From Macrostomum lignano (lineage: Eukaryota), in the NCBI GenBank assembly GCA_002269645.1, contig NIVC01000227.1:372001-436000 (forward strand): a stretch of 64,000 bases of DNA, written 5' to 3'. The translations under genes were made by a program, and so were the position numbers. Below the pieces are notes generated by a model. It did no database searches. It saw nothing but the letters and a program-made list of their open reading frames with translations, and had not been told where the DNA came from. This document shows positions 1 to 12,821 of this stretch, one piece after another (within the stretch, counting starts at the first letter, position 1; the number at the start of each line of letters is the position of its first letter).

Positions 1-496
1 CACACCAGAAATGCATGTCACTGCATTCAACCTGAGATTCACTTGGCAATCTTTATCTTTCCGTCTCGAGTATAGTTTTTGTTTTAACAAGCTTGACTTG
101 AAAACAGCCTGCTATAGATACTCAAGGCAATTGCCTTCCTCTGCTCTGTGAAAGCTGAGTGAGGAGATTTATGAATGTTCTGTAGGTCTGTCAACCGTGA
201 AGACAAGTTTTATGCACCCGGCCATTTCTTGTGCTTTCTTCAGTTGCAGACTCTAAGCAGCATCGCACGGGGTTGCCGATGCCACTTCATTTTAACCCAA
301 ACGGATCGATACAAGGGACGCGGGGTGGCGGAGAGGGAACTTGCATGTAGGGGGAGCCAAAATCTTAAGAGACTAGAAAGACTCGACTATACAAGAAGAG
401 ACTAGAAGCAAGAATTCCGGAATTCCTGCCTCAAATTGCTGCACAGCAATTGAGGCACAGCAACTACAATAACTAACTAAGAACCGAGCTGTAAAG

Positions 497-1240
497 ATGC
501 TGCTAGTTACCCTAACGACCCTGGCAAAGCTGCTGCTCACTGTTGGAGCCCAGCTGTGCCCCGCTCCGTTCAACCTCGAGGCCGGCAAGTGCGTGTTCGT
601 GAGCACAGCTCAAAGCCACAGCTGGTGTTGGGCTAATCAACAATGCCAGCTAATCGGAGGCGAGCTGATCAACTCGTACAGCTCGCTGCAGTTGCTGGGC
701 AGCATGCCGAGCTTCATTTGTACATGCCACATGTGGCTCGGCGTGTCCGACCTGGCTGATGAGAGAAACGTGAGCAGGTCGGGCTGGCAGCGAGTCCTCA
801 GCAAAGGCCTGGTGCCAACGGATGGTGCGCTGTGGAGCAGCCCAAATCCCGATAATAAACTGCAAGCTCAAGACTGCATCAGCACCATCTCTAATGGACT
901 GATGGCGGACAGAGTCTGCTCTGATCTATTGGGCTACGCCTGCGAATTTACTGGTGCTGCCGAGACGCCTTCGAACCGCGCCACTGAAGCTGCCTGGAAG
1001 CGAACTCCGTTCAAGCGCACGAGCTACAACCCCAGCTCCCAGTACTGCTTCACCGACCTGCAGCAGGTGCGGAGCCCGATGCACTGCGTGGCTGCCGCCA
1101 TGCGCGAGCCGGGCAGCCGCTGCAGACACGTCCTGTACAACAGCAAGCTGAGAACCTGCCGTCTGCTGCTGTTCACCGACGCTCAGGTGGAGGAGGAGAT
1201 GGAGACGAGCGCCGACTGGGTGAAGTTCAGCCTGCCGTGA
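497..1240 (+). CDS. Secreted C-type lectin domain + C-terminal PAN/apple-like domain protein, intronless, 247 aa
   Basis: Hydrophobic N-terminus (MLLVTLTTLAKLLLTVGA). CTLD cysteine/tryptophan pattern: CPAPFNLEAGKCVFV...SWCWANQQCQLIGGEL...WLGVSD...LWSSPNPDN...DC...DRVC...YACE. Second Cys-spaced module: HCVAAAM...CRHVLYNSKLRTCRLL. Confidence 0.8.
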   Translation: MLLVTLTTLAKLLLTVGAQLCPAPFNLEAGKCVFVSTAQSHSWCWANQQCQLIGGELINSYSSLQLLGSMPSFICTCHMWLGVSDLADERNVSRSGWQRVLSKGLVPTDGALWSSPNPDNKLQAQDCISTISNGLMADRVCSDLLGYACEFTGAAETPSNRATEAAWKRTPFKRTSYNPSSQYCFTDLQQVRSPMHCVAAAMREPGSRCRHVLYNSKLRTCRLLLFTDAQVEEEMETSADWVKFSLP

Positions 1241-2825
1241 TCAATCAAGGCTGCAGTCAGGAAGATCTACATATGATCTATATTTATATTCCTCGCGAAT
1301 GCAAGAACAAGTAAAAAACTTTGCCAAACTACCATAGACAGCCTGCGGCAATCTGTTTCCCTGAGCGAAGTGAGAAATCCGTTACCCACCCCTTTAATCC
1401 TGAATCAAGGACTTTACATACACTGTCCTACAAGCAACGCAACTTCAAACGTTGCAATTCACATATAAAATCGCCATCTAGTGGAGACTTTTACTATAGA
1501 GAATGCTTTCTGGCGGGCCTTGAAAGAAAAGTTCCTACCAAGTTAAAATTCAGCGTCCTGAGTTTTTTAGTAGTCCTTGGCGTGGATAATGCTATGACAT
1601 TTTGTTGTTTAGTCAAGCCAAATATGTGTTTTTACAGTTTTCACGTCTATTTACGACTGACAAACGAGCTAACAAAGTCCTTAAAAAAGGAACGCTAATA
1701 TTTGATACTACTTAGTAGCTTATTACCCACCCTACTTTTTTTAACTCTATTGAACAGTTCTTAAGTTTTATCAGTGACTTTTTAAAGGTGTTTTCTTTTC
1801 AAATTTATATGGGTACTAACATGAAATCCCACTTCTGTCGAATATTTACTTTGAATTATTTATCATTAGCTTATCTGAGTAACAAAAATCGATCCTCTAA
1901 GTAATAAATCTACTCTCTTTATAGTGTGGCTTTTGTTACTCAGAACTTTTGAAAAGTGAAAACTGAAAAGCCATTGAAATTCTCGGAGCAAAAATGATAT
2001 TGATCAAATAGTATTTTGTTTTTTTGTTGATTCTACTCAAGCACATTGCTCGTAATATCTTATCTGAACATAAAGTTTTGTGTATAAAATTTCACAACTC
2101 GACAATGATGAAAGGCAAACAAAACTACTTATATATTAGTAGCTTAGTATCTGATTATCCTACTTTTCTAACTCTATTTAACTTTTCATGTATCAGAACT
2201 TTTAAAAGATTTCTTTTCTTCAAATTGATCTGAGACTAGGAATAATTCCTCTGAATTATTTATCATTCACTTATCTGATTAACAATAATTAATCCTCAAA
2301 GTAATAGATCTACCAAAAATGTGGCTTTTGTTAAAATATATATCGAAAAATTTACCAACAATTTTGAGAAAAAAATTAAAAAGCCATTGAAAATCTCAAA
2401 GCAAATTTTTGTTGAAAAGGTGTTTCGTTTGTTCTTTAATTTACTGACGGGACGCTGGGGTATCAGTACTGAAGTGTTCATCTATGTTACATATTATCTT
2501 ATCTGATTAATACGAGCGAATGTACAAAATGTCACAAATCCGACAATAATGAAAGGCAACAAAACATGCGCGCCGTAAGTAGTATGGTTAGCAAATGTAT
2601 TGCCAAGGAAGAAAATTTGATGAAAATATATATCTTAGCTGCTGATTGGCACGTAAAATTAATGAACTTACATATAATATGCATTAAAGAACACTTTGGA
2701 ACAAAAAATTTAAACTTATCACAGAAATGAACATCAGACTGTTTTATATTGACTGCATTTGTCTTGGCAAATCAGTTATAAGATTGTAAACACTGACTCT
2801 AATAACAGTCTGACACCCGACATCG

Positions 2826-3042
2826 TTAGATACAGCCTGACACCTGACAGATACAGCCTGACACCTGACAGATACAGACTGACACCTGACAGATACAGAC
2901 TGACACCTGACAGATACAGACTGACACCTGACAGATACAGCCTGACACCTGACAGATACAGACTGACACCTGACAGATACAGACTGACACCTGACAGATA
3001 CAGACTGACACCCGACAGGTATAATCTGACACCTGACAGGTA
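2826..3042. repeat. Minisatellite, 21-bp unit CTGACACCTGACAGATACAGA
   Basis: About 10 tandem units read directly from the sequence. Confidence 0.95.
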
Positions 3043-3194
3043 AATTCTGACATCTAATGAATGCCAAATATTTGATCGGGAAAATTCTCAAGTACCTGCA
3101 AAACTGTCCTATCACAATTAATAACACCACCAACTGAAAACCTTAAAAACAACAAAGAAACAATTTCAACATAAACCATAGCCCAAAGCACCCC

Positions 3195-4141
3195 CTAAGA
3201 AAAGCCGGACCTCAGTGACCTGTCAAACTCTTCCGCAGTGAAGGTGCCATCCAGCCGTTCGCAGTTCCGGTTGAACACCGAATAGGCACTCGGCCCGGAG
3301 CGCCTCCGACTGTCTCCGCGCATACTACTCACCAGTAGGTACAAGAGGCCGCAGATGAAGAACACGGCGCCCCATTCGATGTAGACAAAGTACAGCCACA
3401 GCAGCAGGAAGACGCCGAGCCGAACCGGCCAGCCCATGGCAACGAGGCGGTGGGCGCGAACTCGCTCGGGTAGCAACAGGTAGAGCCGGGTGCAGAGCCG
3501 CGACCAGCGGCTGGGCGCGCGAGTCTGTGGTTTTGCGGGTTGGGATTTAATGGGGATTTTTTTAATGCTATAAAAAGGAATTCATGGTGAAAGGAAGCGA
3601 ATTGTATGAGATCCAGGGGGTATAAGTTTAATAGGGTATGGGATTGATAGAGTATGGGATCAATGGGGTATGGGATCAATGGGGCATGGGATCGATGGGG
3701 CATGGGATTGATGGGGCATGGGATTGGTGGGTATGGGATTGGTGGGGTATGGGATCGATGGGGTATGGGATCGATGGGGTATGAGATCGATGGGGTATGG
3801 GATCAATGGGGTATGGGATCGATGGGGTATGGGATCAATGGGGTATGGGATCGATGGGGTATGGGATCAGAGATGGGATCGACGGGATACATTGAATACG
3901 ACGTATTTCGAGTCCAATTAAATACAAAAACAAATGGCATTAATTCAAATAGGAGATGCTGAAACAGCTGTTAGATGCAATCGCGAACCTCATCAGCCGC
4001 GCAGGCGACTCCCTGCTGGTCAGCGGAGGCTGAGGAACCGCTACCAGCAAACGGCAGCAGGCCACTCAGCAGCTGCCTCTTCCGCTCCGCCTCCTTCTTA
4101 GCCCGATACTCTCTGAGCTGCTCGTGAACGCTGGACTGCAT
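3195..4141 (-). CDS. SAYSD1: SAYSvFN domain-containing protein, 2 exons (4141-3989, 3524-3195)
   Basis: Exon 1 MQSSVHEQLREYRAKKEAE... ends GAG|GTTCGC. Phase-0 acceptor CCACAG|ACT. Exon 2 has a hydrophobic hairpin followed by the signature SAYSVFNRNCERLDGTFTAEEFDRSL. Confidence 0.9.
3635..3890. repeat. Intronic minisatellite, 16-bp unit GGGATCGATGGGGTAT
   Basis: Tandem array inside the SAYSD1 intron. Confidence 0.9.
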
Positions 4142-4429
4142 GCTGGCACCGGAGTCGCTGTCCCGACCAGTCCGTTGATGGTAGCGCGGCCTGCGCTTTC
4201 GCCGCTTTTTATTCTTCTTATTATTATTAAAGTTGCTGCTTTTAGTCAGCGAGCGTGTCTCGTCGTGATAGTTGACAGAGTCCAGGGTAGCCCTGGGAGA
4301 TTTACGCTCGTAGTAACGCTGTTTTTATTAACTATCAGTCATTAACTGTGCAATATGAAAACAATAGCAATCGACAGCTGAAACAGGGTTCCGGATTGGA
4401 ATTAGTAAAACCAAAAGTTGCGATAGAGA

Positions 4430-5300
4430 GGTGGCTGTGTTGGTTCGTCAGGGCTGTGTGTACACAGGGGATAGAGGGGTGGCTGCGTGTACACAGGGGA
4501 TAGAGGGGTGGCTGCGTGTACTCTGGTGATAGAGGGGTGGCTGAGTGTACTCTGGGGATAGAGGGGTGGCTGAGTGTACTCTGGGGATAGAGGGGTGGTT
4601 GTGCGTACACTGAGGATAGAGAGCTGGCTGCATGTACTCTGGGGATAGAGGGGTGGCTGTGTGTACTCTGGGGATAGAGGGGTGGCTGTGTGTACACAGG
4701 GGATAGAGGGGTGGCTGCGTGTACTCTGGGGATAGAGGGGTGGCTGCGTGTACTCTGGTGATAGAGGGGTGGCTGAGTGTACTCTGGGGATAGAGGGGTG
4801 GCTGAGTGTACTCTGGGGATAGAGGGGTGGTTGTGCGTACACTGAGGATAGAGAGCTGGCTGCATGTACTCTGGGGATAGAGGGGTGGCTGTGTGTACTC
4901 TGGGGATAGAGGGGTGGCTGTGTGTACTCTGGGGATAGAGGGGTGGCTGTGTGTACTCTGGGGATAGAGGGGTGGTTGTGCGTACACTGAGGATAGAGAG
5001 CTGGCTGCATGTACTCTGGGGATAGAGGGGTGGCTGTGTGTACTCTGGGGATAGAGGGGTGGCTGTGTGTACTCTGGGGATAGAGGGGTGGCTGTGTGTA
5101 CTCTGGGGATAGAGGGGTGGTTGTGCGTACACTGCGGATAGAGGGGTGGCTGTGAGTTCACTGGGGATAGAGGGGTGGTTGTGTGTACTCTGGGGATAGA
5201 GGGGTGGCTGTGCGTACACTGGCGATAAAGTCCTGGCTGTGCGTACACTGAGGATAGAGAGCTGGCTGCGTGTACACTGGGGATAAAGGGGTGGCTGAGC
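4430..5300. repeat. Minisatellite, 29-bp unit TGTGTACTCTGGGGATAGAGGGGTGGCTG, with recurring variant units
   Basis: About 30 tandem units. The variant GCGTACACTGAGGATAGAGAGCTGG recurs near 4605, 4838, 4981 and 5242. Confidence 0.95.
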
Positions 5301-5924
5301 GCACAGAATGGATAGTTTTGTTGCTGTGTGTACAGTCGATTTAAATTAGCCCTATAAAATAAATAACCAACTACATAAGAAGGCGATTATTTTTGCACAC
5401 GTGACTCACAATAAGCGACAGTCAACGGACACAATATCAAATGTGCATTGCAGACAGTCAATCCAAATAAAATTTTATTTGCAGCTTTTCGGTAGATAAA
5501 AAAAGTCAGCGAATACGGAAAAACTGTACTTACGCAGATAAAAGCTCTAAAATACAGCAGAGAAAAGGTATACATAAATGCAGGTACAATTTTGCAGTCA
5601 GACTACGATGATTGACATAGATGCAGCGTGGGAGCAGAAGAGAGTAGAGAGTAGGGACAGCAATAGCGCTTCGGACAATAACAGGTCGAAGTAAACAAAC
5701 ATAAGAGGCTTTTTGGACAATGGTATAAATTTCTAGAATATGTAACCATAAATTTGCATTGAAAGGAGTGAATTAAGCAAATGGGGAAACACCTTGTTAA
5801 TATGGGGCGTTTCGTACAATTACAAAAGCCAAAACATTCAATTTGCTTTTAGGTTAAAAATAATACATTTGAATACATTAGTCAACGTTTATGTACATTG
5901 AGTAGAAATTTTGGGGGTTGGTTA

Positions 5925-6800
5925 AGTTTGATGTACATTCTGAGGGATAGGAGTCGTGGGGTTGGTCAAGTCCGATGTACATTCTGAGGGGTAGGAGTTG
6001 TGGGGTTGCTCAAGTCCGATGTACATTCTGAGGGGTAGGAGTTGTGGGGTTGCTCAAGTCCCATGTACATTTTGAGGGGTAGGAGTTGTGGGGTTCGTCA
6101 AGCCCGATGTACATTCTGAGGGGTAGGAGTTGTGGGGTTCGTCAAGCCCGATGTACATTCTGAGGGGTAGGAGTTGTGGGGTTGGTCAAGTCGGTTGTAC
6201 ATTCTGAGGGGTAGGAGTTGTGGGGTTGGTGAAGTCCGATGTACATTCTGAGGGGTAGGAGTTGTGGGGTTGGTGAAGTCCGATGTACATTCTGAGGGGT
6301 AGGAGTTGTGGGGTTCGTCAAGTCCGATGTACATTCTGAGGGGTAGGAGTTGTGGGGTTCGTCAAGTCCGATGTCACATTCTGAGGGATAGGAGTTGTGG
6401 GGTTGGTCAAGTCCGATGTACATTCTGAGGGGTAAGAGTTGTGGGGTTGGTCAAGTCCGATGTACATTCTGAGGGATAGGAGTTGTGGGGTTGGTCAAGT
6501 CCGATGTACATTCTGAGGGGTAGGAGTCGTGGGGTTGGTCAAGTCCGATGTACATTCTGAGGGGTAGGAGTCGTGGGGTTGGTCAAGTCGGTTGTACATT
6601 CTGAGGAGTAGGAGTTGTGGGGTTGGTCAAGTCCGATGTACATTCTGAGGGGTAGTAGTTGTGGGATTGGTCAAGTCCGATGTACATTCTGAGGGGTAGG
6701 AGTTGTGGAGGGTTGGTCAAGTCGAATGTACATTCTGAGGGGTAGGAGTCGTGGGGTTGGTCAAGTTGGATGTACATACTGAGGGGTAGGAGCTGTGGGT
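5925..6800. repeat. Minisatellite, 44-bp unit CATTCTGAGGGGTAGGAGTTGTGGGGTTGGTCAAGTCCGATGTA
   Basis: About 19 tandem units. Confidence 0.95.
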
Positions 6801-7570
6801 CAGTCAAGCCGTCTGTTTGAAATTGACATGAATAAAAAAGCAAAATCAAAACAATCAAGAAGTGAGCAAAAACAGAACGGGTCAACAAGCAAAATATTCA
6901 CAGCAAAAAATGATTACCGAGTAATGAGACACTGTTACACGATTGTTTAAATTAATTTACCTAACATTTGACAAGACGAATTTGTTGGACAGAAAAGAGC
7001 AATGAAAAAAATTAGACACGAGTTATGTACAATTCGAAAAGTGGGGTCAATTTCACCTTCAGTTGTCATGGGCCTTGACTATACCGAATAGGGCCTATAA
7101 GAAAATGGTTTGGATTTTTTCAAAAACTTTTTTGTTTTTTTTTCGAACACACCAAGCATAGGAGAACATGGAGACAAGCCAAACTATGTTGATAAACAAA
7201 TCTGAGAGCAAGGAGAGGCGAAGGAGAAATGGGCAGAGGTAAGAGAGGGAAATTAAAGGGAGAGATGATAAAACACATGGAGAGGAAACAAAAAGAGGAT
7301 GGAGAGGGGGAGAGAGAGGAGGGAAAGGAGAGAGGAGAGGCGGAGGAGTGAGGACGAGAGGAGGAGAGGGAGGGGAGAGAGGGGGGAGAGAAAGAGATGG
7401 AAGCGGGGGAGAGAAGAGGTTAAGGTAAGTAATGAACTCATTATCGAATGGATTCATATTAGCCAAATGAAACGAAGTTACCAGACGATTTTTTACATTT
7501 TTTAATGATATTAACAAAACAAAACAGAAGTGACACGCGCGGGCGCAAACTGACTATAAATTGTGAATCA

Positions 7571-10412
7571 TCACTGCAGAGAATGCGACGCCGTGGGCGA
7601 GGTGTCCCCCGAGAGCCTGCCGCCGTTGTCCACATTAAGCTGATGGCGACTGGCCACGTTGGTGAAGCTCTCCGAGATGCCCGCGGCGGCCGCGTTAGCG
7701 TAGAATGTGAATGGCGACACCTGTGGGTAAATGTGGATACAGCGTGGGTGAATTTAGGTACAGTGTGGGTGAATGTGGATGCAGTGTGGGTGAATGTGGA
7801 TGCAGTGTGGGTGGATGTGGATGCAGTGTGGGCGAATGTGGATGCAGTGTGGGTGAATGTGGATGCAGTGTGGGTGGATGTGGATGCAGTGTGGGCGAAT
7901 GTGGATGCAGTGTGGGTGAATGTGGATGCAGTGTGGGTGAATGTGGGTGCAGTGTGGGTGAAAATTTCTAGCTAACAAGCGCAGTCTGACCAGTCGGTTT
8001 TCATCGATAGCGACAGCAACGGATGCGGCTGCAGCGGCGGCAGCCTTGGACGTGGTGGCACAGGAAGCTGATGAATCTGACATATCGGGAGCTCGGAGCT
8101 GCTGCTGCGACATCGGATGCAGCTGAGACTGGTGATGATGATGGTGCTGCCTGCTAGCTGAAGATTCTTGCGGCCTCTGAAGACGCTTAATAGTGTTCTT
8201 GAGAGCCTGGCGCTTGTTGCAGAACCAGACTCGAATCACCTCGCGCTCGTAGCGTAGGGACCTGCGGTTTAGTTTGGAAGTTTTGCTACATTATTAATTA
8301 GGGGGCTGGCCCTGCAACTGGGGATATGGAGGCTGGCCCAGCAACTGGGAATATGGAGGCTGGCCCAGCAACTGGGAATATGGAGGCTGGTTTCCCAGCA
8401 ACTTACACTCTGGGAGGCTGGCCCAGCAACTGACACTCTGGGAGGCTGGCCCAGCAACTGAGGATCTGGGAGGCTGGCCCAGCAACTGGGGATCTGAAGG
8501 CTGGCCCAGCAACTGAGGATGCAATGAGGGTGCCTGAGGATGCAGACAGACTCACCTAGCCAGCTCTGTCATCTGCGCCCCAGTTGGATGAGTATTTTGC
8601 TCAAAATATTCGTTGAGTATCTCCAATGCAGTCGGTGTGAACGAAGTCCTTCGTTTGCGCAGCTTTTTAGCAGCCTCGGCGGCGCTGAGGCCGTCCAGGG
8701 AGCCGAGACAGATTTGGTGCTGCTGCTGCTGGTGCAGCTGGTGAGGATCATCAGGTAATCCGCACAATCCGCCGCCCCCGCATCGCCGAAATTTCTCCTC
8801 GGCTTCAGCCATCCACACCTCCAAGACCGGTTTGATCTTGGCAGCAGATTTGGGAGTGATGTCCAGCTTCTCGAATCTGCAGATGGCGCTCTGACTGTAG
8901 GCGGGGCCTTTGGTTGCGGAGAGAGCTGCGCCAACCTGAGGGTTGACATTGGGATTCAGTCCAGATGGTTTGGTGAAGAAACTTGACCCTAATATCAGTT
9001 GGCTCCGAATTATCGCTAATTTATTTTTTCAAATTTGACTTCCAAAATGATACGTGTCACATCTGAACTTACCTGAATGATTCTAAATGATCCCTGAATT
9101 ACCTGAATAATCCAAATGATTCCATAATTATCTGAATGATCCCTGAACTACCTGAATGATTCTAAACAATACCTGAACTTACCTGAATGATTCTAAATGA
9201 TCCCTGAACTACCTGAATGATTCTAAACAATACCTGAACTTACCTGAATGATTCTAAATGATCCCTGAACTACCTGAATGATTCTAAACAATACCTGAAC
9301 AACCTGAATGATTCTAAATGATTCCTGAACAACCTGAATTATTCTAAACAATACCTGAACAACCTGAATGATTCTAAATGATCCCTGAACAACCTGAATG
9401 ATTTTAAACAATACCTGAACAACCTGAATGATTCTAAATGATCCCTGAACAACCTGAATGATTTTAAACAATACTTGAATTACCTGAATGATGTTCCATG
9501 ATTCCTGAACTACCCAAAGTGAATCTTAAACAGCACTAAACGATTTGAGCAATCCTGCAGGATCCCTGAAACACTTGAGTAATCTACTGCAGCTTCATCA
9601 ATCCTCACCTGAGACTGTGTCAGTCCCAAGCTCAATCTGCGCAGCTTGAACTGCTTAGCAAACTCGCGAATTTCTTCCAGATCAACGCCGTCCACCACGT
9701 TGGAATCGGTGATCTGACTGACTGTGTGCTTGTTGGCCTCATCGTCTGGGTCGGTCGAGACGGCGGCAGCGGCGACAACAGCGGCAGTTCCTGAGTCATC
9801 CTGACGCTCCATCGACACGTCGCCCTCTTCATCCTCGTCGCCACCTTCAATGGAGTCTTCGTCATTGGCCGAGGCCTCGCCAGCGGGTGGCGTCGGGTTT
9901 GACAGCGGCTGCTGTCGAATCTCGTCGCTAGACGATGCACCAGCATCGGCTGTTGAAGTCGACGAGGCAGCCGTTGAGGTCGACAGCAGCTGCTGAGCAG
10001 CCAACGCCGCTACGGCTGGGCTCATGAAGTTCCCCGTGGCTGCCGCTGCTGCGGCTGCTGCTGCGGCGGCTGCTGCGGCCGCCTCACCGGCGCCTCCGCT
10101 GCCGCCACCGCGAGGCACGCTGACGATGTTGGCGAGAATGAGCTGCCCAGTGGAGGTGGCGATCACGGGGATCTGGTCGCTGCCTGGCAAGCTGGCCAGC
10201 GAGGCTGGGATCGTCATCAGCTGGACGCCAGGCGGCGGCGGCGTCAGCAGGAACTGATGGGTGCCAAGCACGAATGGAGTCGGCTGGAACGACGAGCTCG
10301 CTTGGTGCGAAGCGAAGCTGCCACTGGGCGGTTCATTAGAGTTGAACTCTTCCTCGTCAGCTGACTGACGCGACTCGCCCTGTTGCTCTTGTTGCAGTCT
10401 TTGCTTCAACAT
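7571..10412 (-). CDS. POU6: POU class VI homeodomain transcription factor, 4 exons (10412-9609, 8935-8556, 8261-7991, 7720-7571)
   Basis: POU-specific box DLEEIREFAKQFKLRRLSLGLTQSQ|VGAALSATKGPAYSQSAICRFEKLDITPKSAAKIKPVLEVWMAEAE. Homeodomain RKRRTSFTPTALEILNEYFEQNTHPTGAQMTELAR|SLRYEREVIRVWFCNKRQALKN. GPAYSQSAICRFEKLDITPKS is class-VI diagnostic. All junctions are GT-AG and phase-compatible. The start codon and last exon are less certain. Confidence 0.92.
7725..7965. repeat. Intronic minisatellite, 21-bp unit GTGTGGGTGAATGTGGATGCA
   Basis: Fills POU6 intron 3. Confidence 0.95.
8300..8520. repeat. Intronic minisatellite, ~27-bp unit with core GGAGGCTGGCCCAGCAACTG
   Basis: Fills POU6 intron 2. 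Confidence 0.9.
9060..9510. repeat. Intronic minisatellite, ~30-bp alternating subunits (CCTGAATGATTCTAAATGAT.../...AAACAATA...)
   Basis: Fills POU6 intron 1. Confidence 0.9.
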
Positions 10413-10589
10413 GGCGTCTCTCACTCTGCTTCAGTGCACGGAGAGCCGAAGACAGATGTGCCTTCACTCGGTTAAGGGAGAAGGACCTAGCCAGGCATCC
10501 GGCTGCTGAAGGATAAGGAATATTTAAATAGATCTTTATGAAGTTGGTTCGATACATATCGGCAATTTCGCGCAATCGGCAATGTAGCT

Positions 10590-10742
10590 CTTTAAAACAT
10601 TTCTATCAAAACATATCGGCTTTAAACATTTCTATCGATACATATCGGCTTTCAAACATTTCTATCGATACATATCGGCTTTCAAACATTTCTATCGATA
10701 CATATCGGCTTTAAAACATTTCTAACGATACATATCGGCTTC
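10590..10742. repeat. Short minisatellite, ~29-bp unit AAACATTTCTATCGATACATATCGGCTTT
   Basis: About 5 units just upstream of the POU6 CDS. Confidence 0.85.
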
Positions 10743-11539
10743 ATCGGCCGCTGTGGAAAGTTTATTTTCCCAAAAAGCATACCAAGTGCCGCCTACTCGA
10801 AGCGAGGGCAGCTGAAGGCAAGTAAAATTTTAGTTGCTTAACGACCACCTTATCGCAGTATTTGGACAGCACTTGGAAAGAGGGCAATTACAACAGCAAA
10901 GCAACCTCACGGCCCAAGATTCGATAGAGCTGAGACAACCTGCGCCATTTTTTCTCTAATTATAATCCAGCAATTAAATAAATAATCGATGCCTTTCTAG
11001 AACAGAAGCAAAAAAACTTGCTTCCATAGAAAAGATGAAGGAAATTTCTCTCCAAGGCAATTTTCGCTGTGCTCACCGCAGGGCTGACAAATTTGGGGAG
11101 AAAAAAGGCAGAGCAAATCGAAATCCCCATCGCACCTCTCCCTCGGGGCGCTAATTGGCAAGGCGATTCCGAGATTAAGGTAAGAATTTTGCATTGTATA
11201 AACTGGGTTGGGAGCAGCTGCTAGCTACTCTGACAGGGTATAAGGCAACTGCTGGAACCAATAGTAATTGCACAGCAGGGGGCGGGGCTTTCTGTCTAAG
11301 AAAATAGAAATTAAGAAATTAACTGGTTGTTAAGCCGATATCTGAAGTCAACAGGTATAAGCATCAATAATGACTATGGCTTATTTGGAGCTTTTGAAAG
11401 TGTCTAAGCATTTATAAGCGATGTAATATTTCCGGCTTAAATGAAGTCTTGCTCGCACACATTTCCGCAATCGCAAGTCGCGTGAAAGTAAACACTGCAT
11501 ATTCCGCTGACTCTCCTGAGCAGGCACACAAGCGCCCGG

Positions 11540-11786
11540 ATTACTTACGCAGTCATACGCACAGGCACTCACTCACACAGGAGTGTACAGCGGCCCTAAC
11601 TTTATATTATCGTTAGGCATGTACACTTCACTGTGCCTTGGGGGTTGGCCCTCAATGGCGTTAATAGCACGAGCAGAGCCAAGCCGAGAATCAAATTGAG
11701 CCACAAATTAATGTGACTGCACTTGGAATCGAGCCTGGGCCGCTGGCACACCAGAGCACCACGCTGGACCATTGGGCTACGGCCCC
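11540..11786 (-). mobile_element. tRNA-derived SINE-like element, distinct from the CORE-SINE family
   Basis: Minus strand begins GGGGCCGTAGCCCAATGG (A-box-like) and later has GGCTCGATTCC (B-box-like), followed by a non-tRNA body. The 3' end is uncertain. Confidence 0.5.
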
Positions 11787-12821
11787 AACTTCCGCAGTGC
11801 TGGGCATTGTAAAAACATTTCAGTAGCATTGTAGGAAAATCCAAGACAAAACAGAAGAAACTAGAGACATCTCAATGCGAGTCTGAAATTATTGAGACTG
11901 CTGAACTATAAATCAATGCAGGCAGGCAGGCAGCAGACCAGAAGAGCCTGTTCTCAAGGACACAGAAAGAGACTGACTTGAATGAGGAGGGAAGACGCAG
12001 TGCAAGACAAAACTAAATTAGCTTCCTGTCGCTGCCGGGCACAATGAGGGCCCATGCGGGAGGCTGCGCATTCGCCTCTCACAAGAAACAAGGAAGATAA
12101 GACAGATATTCTAATTATGCCCGAGTCCTGTATCAGGCCGAGACTCGCTTCTCCTATCCGTGCAACCATTTCAATCCGCGAGCTTCTACTTGCTTCCTTC
12201 ATCTGGCTCTCTTTCTCTCTTGTTCTTATATGCATCTGATCGAGAGCTCCGGAACAGGATAGTGCTAATTACAGGGCTTCAAGGACAGGGCATACAGGCA
12301 GATCACAGCATGGGACCAATGATGACAGAGCCATAGAAGAGGTGCAGGATAGAATCTTCATTCGTTTCTAATTGAAGCGATAATCGTAATTCAGTAAAAA
12401 AACCAGACTGTGACTAACCTTGGCAGAATTAATTGTCTTCAATTGTCAGCAGAATGCAATACCGGTATTATAGAGTTGCAGTAGACAGCAATAAAACAAC
12501 GCTTAAGGTAAGACGGTTCAAATTGATATTTTCTCCACCTAGCTCCTATCGGCTATTTTTATCATTTCTCGAAGCAACAGATGCGATTTTCGTCTTTTTT
12601 TACATATTTATAGACTTTTCTTTTACGTGAACTTCGCGCGATCAAATGGGATGCAATTGAGAGTGAAGCTTCACTATTGGCTAGCAAACCACTGTAGACT
12701 CTCACCTGCTGTCAGGTAGACACTAAAAAAGCAGCAAATAATGAGAAAAGGCTAAAAAAAACTTTGAACTGGAAACTAACGGGATAATCTTCAGGCTTCA
12801 AAGACAAACAAAAATAGCATT

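Noticed and set aside
4335-5248. Several 200-290 aa ORFs on the minus strand
   Set aside because: They are translations of the 29-bp minisatellite, with no non-repetitive coding context.
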